This document shows, in pieces, positions 1-12,629 of a DNA stretch of 64,000 nucleotides. This stretch comes from Anthoceros angustus (lineage: Eukaryota; Plantae; Anthocerotophyta). The stretch spans positions 346,130 through 410,129 of the forward strand of contig MU008205.1 of the NCBI GenBank assembly GCA_010909165.1, given 5' to 3'. A program made the position numbers and the translations under genes. How positions within the stretch are numbered: the stretch's first letter is position 1; every line of letters starts with the position of its first letter. The notes under the pieces were generated by a model. It saw only the letters and a list, made by a program, of their open reading frames with translations. It had not been told where the DNA came from and did no database searches.

Positions 1-1370
1 TCGGGTTCGACCTCGTGGTCCGACTTACACGGGTCCGTCCCCAAGCTCCGGACCCCTTATCTGCGGACCACCTACTGCTAGGCCCTCATCCCTACCCACC
101 GACCCTTGTCTTGGGTCGGGTTGGTTTCTCCTTCCGCGCCCCTTTCAGGGCCCCCATCTCTATCCTCCCGGACAGGTTGCGGTGGACTTACCCCGAGGTC
201 CGTTGTATTGGCCGCGTCCTGCTCCTCCTGAGGCTCTTCTCCCCCGCTGCCGTCGTCTCCAAACAGGGCCACCGACCGATCGCCTCCCCAACAAGCCTGA
301 GGGACTCCTCCAGCTCGAGTCCGGACTGGTCCGGCCTCGACCCCGAGTCCGAACTCGGAGTCTCGCTTTATTTCCCGAGTCCCGAGTCCGGCCTCACGGG
401 TCCGTCTCATCTCGGGTTCGACCTCGGTCCGAACTTACGGGTCCGTCCCCAAGCTCCGGACTTTATCTCGGACCACCCATCGCTAGGCCTCATCTCACCC
501 ACCGACCCTTGTCTTGGGTCGGGTTGATTTTCTCCTTCCGCGCCTTTCGTGGCCCCCATCTCTATCCTCCCGACAAAGGCGTGGACTTACCCCGAGGTCC
601 GCTGGCAAGGGGCCCCGCCTCCTCCCGAGGCTCTTCTCCCCGCCGCTGCCTCCAAACAGGCCACTAGGGTCCGTCTTTGTCCCCATGTCCTTCATCCCTT
701 GAGCCTTGGGGTCCATTTGTGGCGGGGAGGCTTCAATGCCTTAAGGAGCTCGGCGTGGTAAGGCAAAATCCGAGTCAATTTCTTTGGATTGCCTCTTCCA
801 CATGTGCCCGAGCACCCGATACTCCTTTCGCCATTGGTGCTCGGGGAGGCGTCTTTGTCCGGCTTGGACCATCTCCCTGCCGGGTTTTCGGTGGGCGGGC
901 GAATCTCGAGGCCACAAGGGGCCTCGGTCACCTCACACACTTGGCCGCTGCTTCCGCCTTCCTCCTCGCCTCTGCTGCTTCCGCCTTCGCCATAACGCGC
1001 CCCTTCCGCCGCCTTTCGTGGCCCCCATCTCTATCCTCCCGACAGTTGCGGGACTTACCCCGAGGTCCGCTGTATTGGCTGGCCCCGCCTCCTCCCGAGG
1101 CTCTTCTCCCGCTGCCGCTCAGGCCACTAGGGTCCCTGTGTCCCCATGTCCTTCATCCCTTCTCGAGCCTTCCGGGTCCGTCTGCTTGTAGCGCGCCGAG
1201 GCTTCCAATGCCTTAAGGAGCTCGTGGTAGTAGGCAAAACCGAGTCAATTTGCCGGATTGCCTCTTCCACATGTGCCCGAGCACCCGACTCCGCCGAGCG
1301 TGGCCCCGGCTTGGACCATCTCCCCGCCAGTTTGATACCGGGCAATCTCGAGGCCACAAGGGACGCCCAC
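1..1370. repeat. Imperfect tandem duplications (about 410 bp at 1/412; about 480 bp at 530/1007)
   Basis: tcgggttcgacctc recurs at 1 and 412. ccgcctttcgtggcccccatctctatcctcccgac...aggcttcaatgccttaaggagctc recurs near 540 and 1010. Copies differ largely by small indels. Confidence 0.75.
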
Positions 1371-4239
1371 CTCTCCCCGCCGCCCGCCCGCCCAGCCTGC
1401 TGCTTCCGCCTCGCTGCCGCCTTCGCCATAACGCAGCCCCTTCCGCCTTCCTTAATCGGACCAGCGGCTTCTTTTGCGTCCGGTGCTCTCGCTCCCGTTC
1501 ATCACGGCCTTTAGCTCCGCCATCTCCTCTCTCGGGCAGTCGGGCAACTCTTTCGTGCGTGCTCCAGTCCTTCTCCATTTCGGCGGCGTCTGCTCCTTGT
1601 TCCATCGCCTTACCTCCTCCGTCCGCCAGCAGTGGAGCCGCTCTCGTTCGTGATCGTGATCACGCCTGATGCCATTCCGCTCAATGGTAACTTGGGCTGC
1701 GGCTCGAGGTCTCCTGCGGTCTTCCATCTCGCCGCTGTTGCTCCACCTCGCGCATGGCGAGTCAGGACCTCCATCTCCTTGTCGCGGGCTTCCTTCTCCT
1801 CGGCATGGCTGGCCCTGCTCCGCCGCCTCCTGCTCCGTCTTCAGGTTAGCCGCAGCCTGTCTCCCTCCACCGGTTCGATCACGCCGATAGTGATCGCGGT
1901 CGGTCTTAGCAGCGGCTTCCGCCTCCCTCGCCGCCTTCACAGGCGACTTGTCTTTGGTCGGCCGGGCCGCCTCGGCCAGTCGCGAGCCTTCTGCTTGCGC
2001 GGGCCTCCTGCCTCCTTCGCGCTACCCCTCTCCGCTGCAGGTCTTGACCGCTTGGGCCTCCTGTGCTGCTTGTGCTCACCCGGTGAAGGAATTTAGTCGT
2101 CTGTCGAATGGACGGACTTCTCTTCGGCCTCCCGGCGTTTCCCTTGATGCGGAGGCTTACGCCTTCCTCCTCGCCTCTGGGCCGCCTCCAATTGCTCCTC
2201 GGAGGAGCACCATCGCCTCCTTGTGGCTTCCACTTCACAGGTCTTCTCGGCATGCGAGACCCCAGGCATCTGATCCATGTGGCGGTAGCAGGACCCGCCG
2301 TGTCTCTTCCACGGCCGCCATTGGTGAGGCCCCAAAAGTCCGTAGTGGGGGCGGGCATCTCACGGTCCGCCAAGGACCTCCATACCCATGATCGGGAGGA
2401 GTCGGGGCTCTCGGACCTAATCGGGTCCCTTAGGTCTGAGTCAAGTGGGAGCTTCACCTCCTTGGCCCTCTTGGCCGCCAATTCCTTATTCGCCTCTTCG
2501 TCACAGGGCTCGGAGGGTGAGGGGTTCGAGCCGACCCCTTGCCTCTCCCGGTCGGCAGGCCCGGCTCAGGTGGGGTTGCCCGGTGACCTCCTCCTTGGCG
2601 TCTCTTGCCCTTCTCACGCCTCTTGACCTCTTGCCACTCCGTGGCGGGGGCAAGAACGAGCGCCGTCAGGAGTCTGCGTTGGCGGGTGGCACCGTCTTCC
2701 GCCTCTTGATTGCCCGGAGTTCGTCGGGGCTCATCGGCCGCTGTGGTCGGGCCGGGGCCGTCTCTGCCTTGCTCCGGTGGGGGCACCAAGAGGAGGAAGC
2801 GGGGATATCTTCCACACTTCCCTAGGTGGTGAGGGGTCCGTTCAGGGCGTATGGAGTCCTGATCCTCCCGCCTCCTCGCCTCCTCCGGACCCGTTTGGCC
2901 CTAGGGGTCGGGCCTCTACCTCGGGCGCCTTGCCGCTGCCTTCAGTAGGGCCGCCAACCCTTCCGGGCGCCGCTCTTCTTCCCCATCCTTCAGGAGGTCG
3001 TAATGTCCCCACACATGGATCAGGTATGGGGATAGTCCTGACGGAGGTGGCTTCTCCTCAGCTTGTGGGCCTCCTGGTGAACTGGCGAAGATGATCCTTC
3101 CCGCCGCCTCTTGCCCGTGCGCATGCAGGAACACCAATAAATTATCACCAAGGTGATCCACCTTGGTGAGCAAGTTCCGATGGACAATGATCCGGCCACG
3201 CCTCACCAGGGCCTCTCCCGGTCGGCATCAACGGCCGTTGGTTGTTCGCTGCGTTAAGACTTCGCCGCCGCGCCGCCTCTATCTTTCCCTCGCCTTGAGG
3301 GGGTTGGGACTCGCCCCCAATCTCCTCCTTGGGCGGTTGTAAGCCGCCCTGGACCTCAAGGTCCACCTCACAGGATCCTCCGGAGGTTCTTGGATCGAAC
3401 CTCCTTGTTGGCCGCCAACATCTTCGGCGAACTCCGGACTAGGTGACATCACAAATGTCCGACGGCTGGAACACGTCTAGTGCCACTCTTGACCAATCCT
3501 CCGCCTCCTCCGGCCGGCCCAAAGTCCGGATAGCGCGGGTGACAATGTTGCGCTCTACCGGGTTCCATGGCTCCCATACCTCCATGACCTTCTTGGGTCC
3601 CATCGCCTTCTTCTCCTTACTCCGTGGCGATTGTCGAGATCGGCGGCACGATCGCCCTCTGCGTTGTGCTCCAACCCCAAAGGTGAGCCGCGGATGCTGG
3701 CGTTCGGAGATAGCGCCAGAGGGCGGTGGTTGCGGAGCGCAAGAGACCGCGAGAATTGTCTCGGTCGCCGAGAAATGACCCTCCTCGTCGGCGGGGTAAT
3801 GCTGGGCGGGAGGTGCCCTTCCTCGTCTGTAATCGCCAGGTCCGCATGGCTTACTCTCACCTTACGCCCGCTTACTGCCTTACGCCCGCTTACTGCCTTA
3901 CGCCGCGCCGCTGGGCGTGAATACCCTGCCTGGCAATCGGTCTGGCTGCTGCATGCCGACCTCCATTCGGGGCCGTCCGGGCGCCGCTCGGTCGACTTCA
4001 CGACTCAACTTCTAAATTACTTTCCTGGCGTACTTATCTGTTTTGAGTGGGGTCCGGACTTATCCGATACCCGGTCGCGATCCGTAGCTCGTCGGTAGTG
4101 CAGTCATTACCCTCCAGTCCGATACTCGAACCGTCCAGTGTCCGTGCTTATTCCTCCTTTTCCGCCTTATTTTACCCGGACCTCACGAAAAAACAAAACC
4201 CAACTTATTTCCTAGCCCAAGGGAAGTCCGCAGCCCACA
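1..4239. mobile_element. GC-rich LTR-retrotransposon terminal region (probably Ty3/gypsy Tat/Athila-like) with a frameshifted coiled-coil-rich ORF on the minus strand
   Basis: Homologous in inverted orientation to 60512-63900 (shared blocks gaaataagt..ggg, ataaggcg(g)aaaaggaggaataa, ggtatggaggtccttggcggaccg, tcaccaaggtg..caccttggtga). Both copies stop at the same terminus, TGTGGGCT (here ...gcagcccaca, ending 4239). No gag/pol motifs seen. Confidence 0.6.
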
Positions 4240-5640
4240 AGGCTGCGTCGGGGACATTGCGTCTGCAGGCGCGGGCGCACCCACGAAGGGAAGGAGCTCG
4301 AACTTCCATCGGTGACATCATGTGGTCGCTGGGAGGAGGTAGGAACCACAGGCCCGCCAGAAATTCGCAGTGTCGCTGATTCGGCGCGAGACTCGAAGGC
4401 TGCTGTGGAGGATGGCGCCCAAGGTCACAACGGTGAGATTGTGCTTGCCAATGGCCAAATATGGATCATTGGAAAGTCCGAAGGAATTGGTGAAGGAGGC
4501 TGGGCTTCATGGAGAAGCGCTGAATTATGTGAACCTAGGATGTGCAGTGCGCCCGCCATCGAAGGCAAGCAATCGGGCGAAGGGATTAGGCGAAGCCCGA
4601 TTGGGATCCGAATTGGTTAGAAGGGTGTATGGGCGCAGCAAGGAGGAGGCAGTGGTTCGGTGATGGAACCTTCCGGAAGGAACAGCAAGCGGCGGCGGCG
4701 GCGGGGCCACAAGGCTGCGTCCGGGGACATTGCGTCTGCAGGCGCGGGCGCACCCACGAAGGGAAGGAGCTCCGAACTTCCACATCGGTGACATCATGAT
4801 GCTGAGCTAGAGGAGGTAGGAACCACAGGCCCGCCAGAAATTCGCAGCAGGTATTCGGGGCGCGAGACTCGAAGACCGTGGAGGGATGGCGCCCAAGGTC
4901 ACGGTGAGATTGTGCTGCCCAATGGCCAAATATGGATCATTGGAAAGTCCGAGCTGGGAATTGGTGAAGGAGCCTGGGCTTCATGGAGAAGCGCTGAATT
5001 ATGTGAACCTAGGATCAGCAGTGCGCCCGCCATCGAAGGCAAGCAATCGGCGAAGGGATTAGGCGAAGCCCGATTGGGATCCGAATTGGTTAGAAGGGTG
5101 TATGGGCGCAAGGAGGAGGCAGTGGTTCGGTGATGGAACCTTCCGGAAGGAACAGCAAGCGGCGGCGGCGGCGGGGCCACAAGGCTGCGTCCGGGGACAT
5201 TGCGTCTGCAGGCGCGGGCGCACCCACGAAGGGAAGGAGCTCCGAACTTCCACATCGGTGACATCATGATGCTGAGCTAGAGGAGGTAGGAACCACAGGC
5301 CCGCCAGAAATTCGCAGCAGGTATTCGGGGCGCGAGACTCGAAGACCGTGGAGGGATGGCGCCCAAGGTCACGAGATTGTGCTGCCCAATGGCCAAATAT
5401 GGATCATTGGAAAGTCCGAGCTGGGGAATTGGTGAAGGAGCTGGGGCTGGGCTTCATGGAGAAGCGCTGGAATTATGTGAACCTAGGATCAGCAGAGTGC
5501 GCCGCCATCCGAAGGCAAGCAATCGGGCGAAGGGATTAGAGCGAAGCCCCGTGATTGGGATCCGAATCGTTAAGGGTGTATGGGCGCAGGAAGGAGGAGG
5601 CAGTGGTTCGGTGATGGAACCTTCCTAAGAGGAGCAGCAA
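4230..5640 (+). repeat. Three tandem copies of a ~470 bp unit
   Basis: ccacaaggctgcgtc(c)ggggacattgcgtctgcagg at about 4235, 4707 and 5177. Differences are mainly indels. Confidence 0.85.
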
Positions 5641-7488
5641 AGAAGAAGCAGCCCGCCTCGTTAAGGCGGGCGTAATCAAGAACACGGCTAATCGCGACTT
5701 GGCAACAACACAGTTGATGGGTCTGGCCAGATGGCTTCTGTGTTTCCTACAGCACAAGAAGCAGGATTATTTGTCTGACCACTTGCTGCTGTTCCTCCAT
5801 GAAGTTGTCAAGGGGGCGAAAATCGATTGGGGACGGATTCTCTTCGACAAATTGTGTGAAGAGAGGTTGAACCTGATTGCTCCTACCCCTCGGCCCTCTC
5901 TAATTTCACCTTTCCTGGTCCATCTTTGCGCTACGCGCCCGAGGTAGAAATTGTGGCCTCCCTTCACATGTGGAAGCCGGTTAGGGAGGTGAAGTGGAAG
6001 GCGGAGGAGCCCAAGGAGGAAATCGAGGTGGAATCGGGGCGGCCGGAGTGTGGCGGCAGGCTACGAGAGAAAGAAATTTCCACCAGCAAGAAGAGGAAGA
6101 CCGGGGGTGGCAAACGGGCCTCAGCGAAAAAGGTGAAGGTGGACGCGCGCGTCACCAGGTCGAAGGCGGGCGCCGCGCTGCAGAAAGTAAAGGCCAATCG
6201 GCAGGTTGAGGTGGCGGAAGAAGAGGCGCGGTCGGAGGAAGACCAGTGTGCTGACCTGGATGCAGATGGCGAACCAACCCCGGAGAATTAGGGCTGACCT
6301 CGGAAGCGGACCTCTCCTCAGCATGGGAGGAGATTTTCAAAGGGACTCCACTGGCAACAGAAGTGGATGCCGAATTGGTGAGGGTGCGCACCTTGCTGGG
6401 AAGGAAAGTGCTCGACAGGGGGATGGCGTCTGGCGCGGGGCCGCCACAACAGGTGGATTTGCGGGGAGCGGCCACGCCGATGATCCGGGCCCAAGCGGAT
6501 TTGTTAGATCAAGCGGCCTTGGCTCTCACATGGCTCAGTGTGCAAGGCGGCGGAGGAAGTAGTAAAGGCCGGGTTTGGCGAGGCCAAGCGCAAGCAGCGG
6601 AGGAAGACAAGCGAGACCTAGAGGAAAAAGGGCCAAGATTCGGAGGATTTGTGCAGGCTCGGGAGAAGTTACGAGGCCATGAGGCGCTCATGGCTCAAAT
6701 TAAGGATGCCCATGAGACGAACCAGGAGATGCAGGGAGAGCTGTTGCGAGCCCATGAGCAAGAGGCGGCCTCTGTGGAAGGAAAGGCTGGCGGAGCAGTA
6801 TAAGCAGGCGGGATGAGGCACGTGGCCGAGCCAGAAAGGATAAGGGAAAGGGGAAGCGAGGTAGCAGGACCACGACTGGGGTAGTGGAAGGAACTACCGA
6901 AGGAAAGGATGCAACATGATGGCGAAACACCTCGGGGTTCTTGAGCAGGGCACAGTCGTGGAGTCCACCACCGCGGTAGCGGAAGCTGCTACCGGCATTG
7001 GCGAGCCCAACTCTGAAGCGGCCATGAGCGGAGCGACAGGATGCGACGCGGCACCTCGCGAGGACATGGGCCAAGCAACCAGGTGTAGCCCACGGGAGGA
7101 GGGGTAAGCACCTCAGCTACAGCAGGAGGTCCTATTATGTTGCGGCACATGGATGAGGAAACTTATGTTCCTGGTCTATATGTGAATGGGGAACGCGTGC
7201 TTAACTTCACTGTCCATGTGCGTGTGGAAATAGGAGGGATCAGGGCCTACCTACTGCAAGTGAGGACTCGAAGTGCATACTTCTACCACTGCGCCCGAGT
7301 GTGGGGGTTGGCCCCCTATTATGCGGAGGCGACTTTGGAGGAGTTAAGTGAGGAGGAGGTCCAGGCTTGGGTGGACGAGGAACCGGTAATAATCCTCAGC
7401 AATAGGCGGCAAGCGGAAGACGCGGAAGCTCCAGGGCAGGGTACACCTCAAATTAGGACGTCCAGTAGTGACAGTGATGTGGAAGTAT
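4240..7488 (+). pseudogene. Degenerate retrotransposon accessory ORF (plant-transposon-protein-like segment followed by basic and coiled-coil regions)
   Basis: Frameshifted fragments KQDYLSDHLLLFLHEVVKGAKIDWGRILFDKL...SLISPFLVHL, then KKRK-type basic and E/K/A-rich coiled-coil pieces, typical of extra ORFs of plant LTR elements. Interrupted at 7489 by an LTR. Confidence 0.45.
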
Positions 7489-9187
7489 TGTGGAAAACCT
7501 GTCAGATCAGCGGCGTGGAAGGAGGGCTCGTGGCGGCAGCGATGGAGGACGAAGTGCCAGGCGGCCAAGTCGAGGGAGGGCGCGCAGATAGCGTAGACAG
7601 ATAGGTGATAGCATCCTAAGGATAGATTTGGTTAGGATGCTGCACTGGACCTAAGATCGCTCCGAATTGTGGGTGCGTCCCTTCATGATGGCCATCTTGG
7701 GACCTAAAAATCTGGGGCATGGCATCCCATCCGATGTATAAGAGGGGCGAATTATGCCCCTCCTGGCAGATAATTTCTGGTTGAGATCCCCACGCTGCCT
7801 GTGGCTGGTTGGAGACGTCCGATTGAGGTAGGGTGTGCGAGACGCTCCTAGGGGTGGTCGAGCTTGCTCCAGAGGCAGGCGGAGGGGTGAGTGAGCTCCT
7901 GACGAGGAGGGGAAATCGAGGGATTGGCGCGGGGCGGGTCTGAGCTTGCAACGCCTGTGTGGCCGAGAATTCTTCCTCCCCTCACCCTTCCTTCTGCTGG
8001 CTGTGTTCCAAAATTAAGAGTGTATGTGGTGTGTGTGAATGAAAGCCTGAGGGCGTGTCGAAAGAGGGAGAGAAGTGGAAGAAGTGAATCAAGGAGGAGA
8101 AGAAAGGGTGGCTGAGCACTGTACGCGACGCGAGGTGTAAGGCAGTGTGGTGAAGTTGGGGAGGTGAACTAACTAAGCGACTAACAGTGGAAATTGCGCA
8201 GATCAGAGAAGATCCCAGAACGGTGCTGTTCGTGAAGGTGAGTACAAGTGGAAATATCATTCCTTCCGAATTGTGTGGCAAGTGTGTGTGTGTGTGTGAA
8301 GCGATTGAGAGGGATCTAGACGTGGGCCCCTAGGAGTCGATGTGTGTGAGTATGGAGTGGGGTGCATAATAGAACGACCATGAGCATTGGTAGCCGCGTA
8401 TCAGGTCCGGCGCGCGGAGATGAGTCGCTAGGGTTTGGTGTGGGACCCACCTCGGTGGGCGTAGCAACTACCAGCTGGTGAGAGCCACCGGTAGTAACTC
8501 GGAGAAAGGTGGAATAAGCTTTGTGGTCGTGGAACCGGATGGTAGTTAGATAAGTTGGGGAGGTGAACTAACTAAGCGACTAACGGTGGAAATTGCGAGA
8601 TCGAGAAGATCCCAGCGGTCTCGTGAAGGTGAGTACAAGTGGAAATATCATTCCTTCCAGAATTGTGTGAAGGCGGCCCTGTGTGTGTGTGTGTGTGAAG
8701 CGATTGAGAGGGATCTGCGGAACGTGGGCCCCTAGGAGTCGATGTGTGTGTGAGTATGGAGTGTGGGGTGCATAATAGAACCTGACCTGTGAGCATTGGT
8801 AGCCGCCCGTAACAGGGTCCCGCGGCGCCGTGCGCCAGAGATGAGTCGCTAGGGTTTGGTGTGGGACCCACCTCAGTAGGCGTAGCAACTACCCGGCAGT
8901 GGTGAGCCACCGCGGTAGTAACTCGGGAACGGAGGTCGTGGAATAAGCTTTGTGGTCGTGGAACCAGATCTGTGGTAGTTAGATAAGTTGGGAGGTAGTA
9001 GTAGACGAACAGATAGACGAGAGGGGGAATAGCAGGAAAAGTCCTAACTTAGGTGAAGGTCAGAAACAATAGAAGTTAGCGTTTCTTGGCACAAATCATT
9101 CCCTTAGGAACGAATCCCAAGACTACAACGACATTGAGGGTAAATGTGGACCTCACGGTGTCCCCGGACACCAGGTTACACTCCACA
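7489..9187 (+). mobile_element. 5' LTR of an Athila/Tat-like Ty3/gypsy element
   Basis: Termini TGTGGAaaAACCT ... AGGTTacacTCCACA. Followed after 3 nt by a tRNA-Asp-type PBS and then gag. Confidence 0.7.
8153..8995 (+). repeat. ~400-430 bp tandem duplication inside the LTR, each copy with a (GT)n tract
   Basis: gttggggaggtgaactaactaagcgactaac at about 8155 and 8554, with collinear sequence after each. Confidence 0.85.
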
Positions 9188-9190
9188 TTT

Positions 9191-9208
9191 TGGCGCCGTT
9201 GCCGGGGA
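9191..9208 (+). promoter_or_regulatory. Primer-binding site (tRNA-Asp type)
   Basis: TGGCGCCGTTGCCGGGGA immediately after the LTR end; this is the canonical Athila-type PBS. Confidence 0.85.
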
Positions 9209-9285
9209 ATGAAATCGCTGTCAAGGACGTAGGAAGGACTAACCCTAGCTTACGTAGAGTCTAGCATTACTAGATTGATAGATGG

Positions 9286-9940
9286 ATGCCTCGGGTGAAG
9301 ACGAGCGACTCTGGGTCTGACTTTGGGGAAACGCCTTTGGTAAAGCAACAACGCCAAGCAGCAGAAAGGTTGCAGAGAGTTACGAGGAGGGCGCAGGTCA
9401 CAACTACTGGACAAGGGAGAGGAGCGGGGACTCGACTCGGAATCAGGGATCGGACCTTATCCGACACAGATTCCCAACTATCGGCTACGGAAACGGTAGA
9501 AGGGGCCAGGTACCCCGATTCCACCTTGCCCTTTGATCTCTGTTCCAGGTTGCCTAGATCAGCTACGGTCCAGTCGAACTTCGTGGATGTGGAGGTCAGT
9601 CCAGACGTAGTGGCCATGTCAACTACTGCAGTCGTTGAAAGTGCTACCACGGTAGTTATGGCCAGTACTCCGGTGCTTGTTACTACTAAGCAATCTTACC
9701 CGTTGTATGGAGAAAAGAAGGGCCATGAGGATCCTGACAAGTTCGTCGAGCGTTTTGAGCAGCTAACGCTTGCCAATCAGGAGGATGCGCAACGTGCCCA
9801 GCTGTTTTATGGGGTCTTACGCGGAGCGGCGGCCAAGTGGTACAAGTGGGAGTACATAGCTTCTTCCACACCCCCAGCCACCTTTGGGGCCTTGAAGAGA
9901 GCTTTTTGCGAAAGGTTTAGAGGAGTCGGTGTCGAAGGAT
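9286..9940 (+). pseudogene. gag: Truncated Ty3/gypsy gag
   Basis: EDPDKFVERFEQL...LFYGVLRGAAAKWY...TFGALKRAFCERF matches the Retrotrans_gag pattern. Cut off by the CACTA fragment. Confidence 0.8.
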
Positions 9941-9944
9941 ATGT

Positions 9945-11915
9945 CCTGAATTCGGGCCTATACATTCAAGCTTGATTACAGGCCTAAAGTATCAGGCCTG
10001 AGTACAGGTCTGAAAGTTCAGACCTGAATTTTCAGGCCTGATACTTCAGGCCTGGAGTTACAGGCCTGAAAAAATAGGTGTAGTGTGTCAGGCCTGTAAT
10101 TACAGGCTTGTAACTCCATGGCCTATTAATTTAGGCCTGAGGCCTGTTACTATAGGCCAGAAAGCGTGGCTTTCAGTCGTGAGGTTTTGTAGGACAGAAT
10201 ATACTAAAGCACAATTGTCTATGTGTTTTTGTATGTGCAGGTTACATACTACGTGACTCACCTTCTTGGTTTCGACTGAAGGATAGGGTGCACTACACTA
10301 TCCGACACATGTGCAACCCACTGCTGTCTGATTTTTGGGCGCACTCTGATGTTGATGTGCTTCTTATTGAAAGCACCTTACGTCAAACAATTTCAGGTCC
10401 ATGGAGCTTTCATTGTGTTGTAGCTCAGTTAGTGGCACCCGGATTGAGGCATTGGAAGAATAAGTTGAGGAAGGAGGCTAGGCACTTCTTACATGGGAAG
10501 AAATTAAGTGACAAGTATGTGCCCAAGAGCCTGAAGAAGGAGTATTGGGATGTTCTTCTGAAACAGGAGACAGAGAAGCTAGATGGTGTTGTTGCACCCA
10601 GTCAACATAAGATTGCTGCAGTGCAGAGAGGGAAAAACGTCGCTGCTAAGCCCTATTCTTGCTTTGGGTTTGGAGTTCAAAAGCAATTCATAGACAGGTT
10701 CATTTCCAAGTTTGATAAGCAAGCAACTTTTGAAGAGATCAAGGCTGTGGGATCTAGGCATCGAAATTGGGTGAACAAGCTGAGAGCGCATTGGAAAGAG
10801 ACTGAAACCACAATTCCATCCTTGGGTCCTCAAGTGGATTCTGAAGGGAAAATCGATAAGGCTGTGAATGTCTGGAATCTATTGCATGAAGCAGGATATG
10901 AGAGTGTAGAGTGTGATGAACAGGTAATGGAGGCCATTCTGAAGAAGAGGGTCCAGGATGAAGGTTTCATGGTGGAACATCTTCTTCCCCGAACAGTTGC
11001 GAAAAAGGCTAAGAAAGCCTCATCATAGTTCAAGTCAGTCAATAGAGCTTGCACTTCCACTGTAATTTCCTGTTAGCTTCAGCCGTAATTGTTTAAGCTC
11101 ATCTCGTTATGTGGGCTTTGTTCATGTAGTTGAATGTTTGTGAAGGAGTGTTGGCGAAGTTGCTGTCAAATGGAGGCCGCAGGTGACAAACTAGTCTACT
11201 ACCGATTGTAGAATGCATGGTGTAGTAGGCTTTGCCAGTATAGCGTTAGTGGAGTTTTTTACAACAAGCCTCTGTAGATTTTACAACAAACTTGTTTCAT
11301 TGCAACGCATTAAGTTTACAACGGACCCCTATCTCTACTCCCGAAACTTTACAACGAGGGCCTTTTACAACGGGCTTCGTTGTAAATGCCTAGCTACTTT
11401 TAAACGAACCCTGTATAACATGGTTCATTTACAACAAGGTCCATTGTAAAAGTGCACACTTATTACAACAGGGCTCGTGCGAAAGGTACGCACGATTACG
11501 ACGGCCATTCAGTTAGGTTAATCATGGTTAAGTAACCCCAACTAGTTTGTGGTGATTGGAATCCAGTTACTTAATCCCAGTTAATAAACTGCGGTCAATT
11601 TACCATAGTACTTAACTCTAGTATATTAACCATGGTTATTGAAGTTGTAAAATGCGTTGTAAGTGTATCGTAGTAATGTCCGCTGTAAAGGGGTTCCGTT
11701 GTAAAGTTTAACCAGTGTACGGAGCACCAGTCAAGCCATACACCGGATGAAATGGACAATACCGTATTCAATACATGATATAGCCCTCGGATATGCGTAT
11801 ATACTTCTACTACGGATATTACTAAGATGTGTTTAATACGAGGATTTTTACTACAGACTTAGTAAAGCCGTTGTAATGCCCGTTGTAATTTAAAAGGCCC
11901 GTTTTCCTAGTAGTG
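9945..11915 (+). mobile_element. CACTA (En/Spm) transposon, 3' part
   Basis: Ends ...ttttcctagtagtg (reverse complement of a CACTACTAGG TIR) at 11915. Dense subterminal ttacaac/gttgtaa repeats in both orientations at 11260-11890, a caggcctga repeat cluster at 9945-10160, and a TnpA-like exon. Confidence 0.8.
10241..11028 (+). CDS. Last exon of a TnpA-like (Transposase_24/Ptta-like) protein
   Basis: Acceptor tgtgcag|g at 10240. Open frame with LRHWKNKLRK...PKSLKKEYWDVL...SQHKIAAVQR...FGFG, located inside the CACTA element. Confidence 0.55.
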
Positions 11916-12629
11916 AATTTCCATAACTCTGTAGAAAGTGCTGGCTAACGCTGTTTATAGGATGGCTACGTGCGCAAGACTAGCGGCTTCTTCGGCACCG
12001 GTGATAGGTAGGCCCTTTATTATCCCTGATCACGATATCATTGGTGCAGTAGGTAGTTACGGGAAAGGCATTGGAGGGGACTAGGACTTCCCCTTTTACT
12101 ATTAGCCCTTTTTGGTAGTTCCTCCTCGGACTTCAGGGTAAATGGGATTTCTTATCTCGTCTATTAATAACGTCTACTCTACTATGTTGGAATTTGATCA
12201 ATTTGAAGATTTTATACATATTTTAAATTATACATCCAAATCCTGCACTAAAATTTCTACATAAATCCCAAAAATTACATTAGAATTTGATTAGAGTAAC
12301 CTTGTAAGCCAAGATGTAACCTCATATTCCACTACATGATGTTTATAGCTGACATAATGGTACCCCATTTAAGTACTGATCCGTAGGATCGCTTAAGTGT
12401 GGATGTCACTCCTTGAACGGCACCACTCTGCTCGCGTTCTTGCTAGGTTTCTATATCATGGTGTAAGAGTTGTAAGATGCTTATTTTCGTTCTTCAAGCC
12501 TCCCATTGTCTTCGTGCTTTGCGTGCTCACATTCGTGGCGCTCCAAAGAACCCTCCGCATCTTCTTGCGCGTGGTGGCCAGGGCCCTTGATTGTGTTCGC
12601 TATTGTTAAGGTGCATGTCAGGTGTGAGC

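Noticed and set aside
1-4100. Many overlapping 100-190 aa ORFs in all frames (also 60700-63700)
   Set aside because: Expected in GC-rich, stop-poor TE sequence. They are shadows of one frameshifted ORF, not separate genes.
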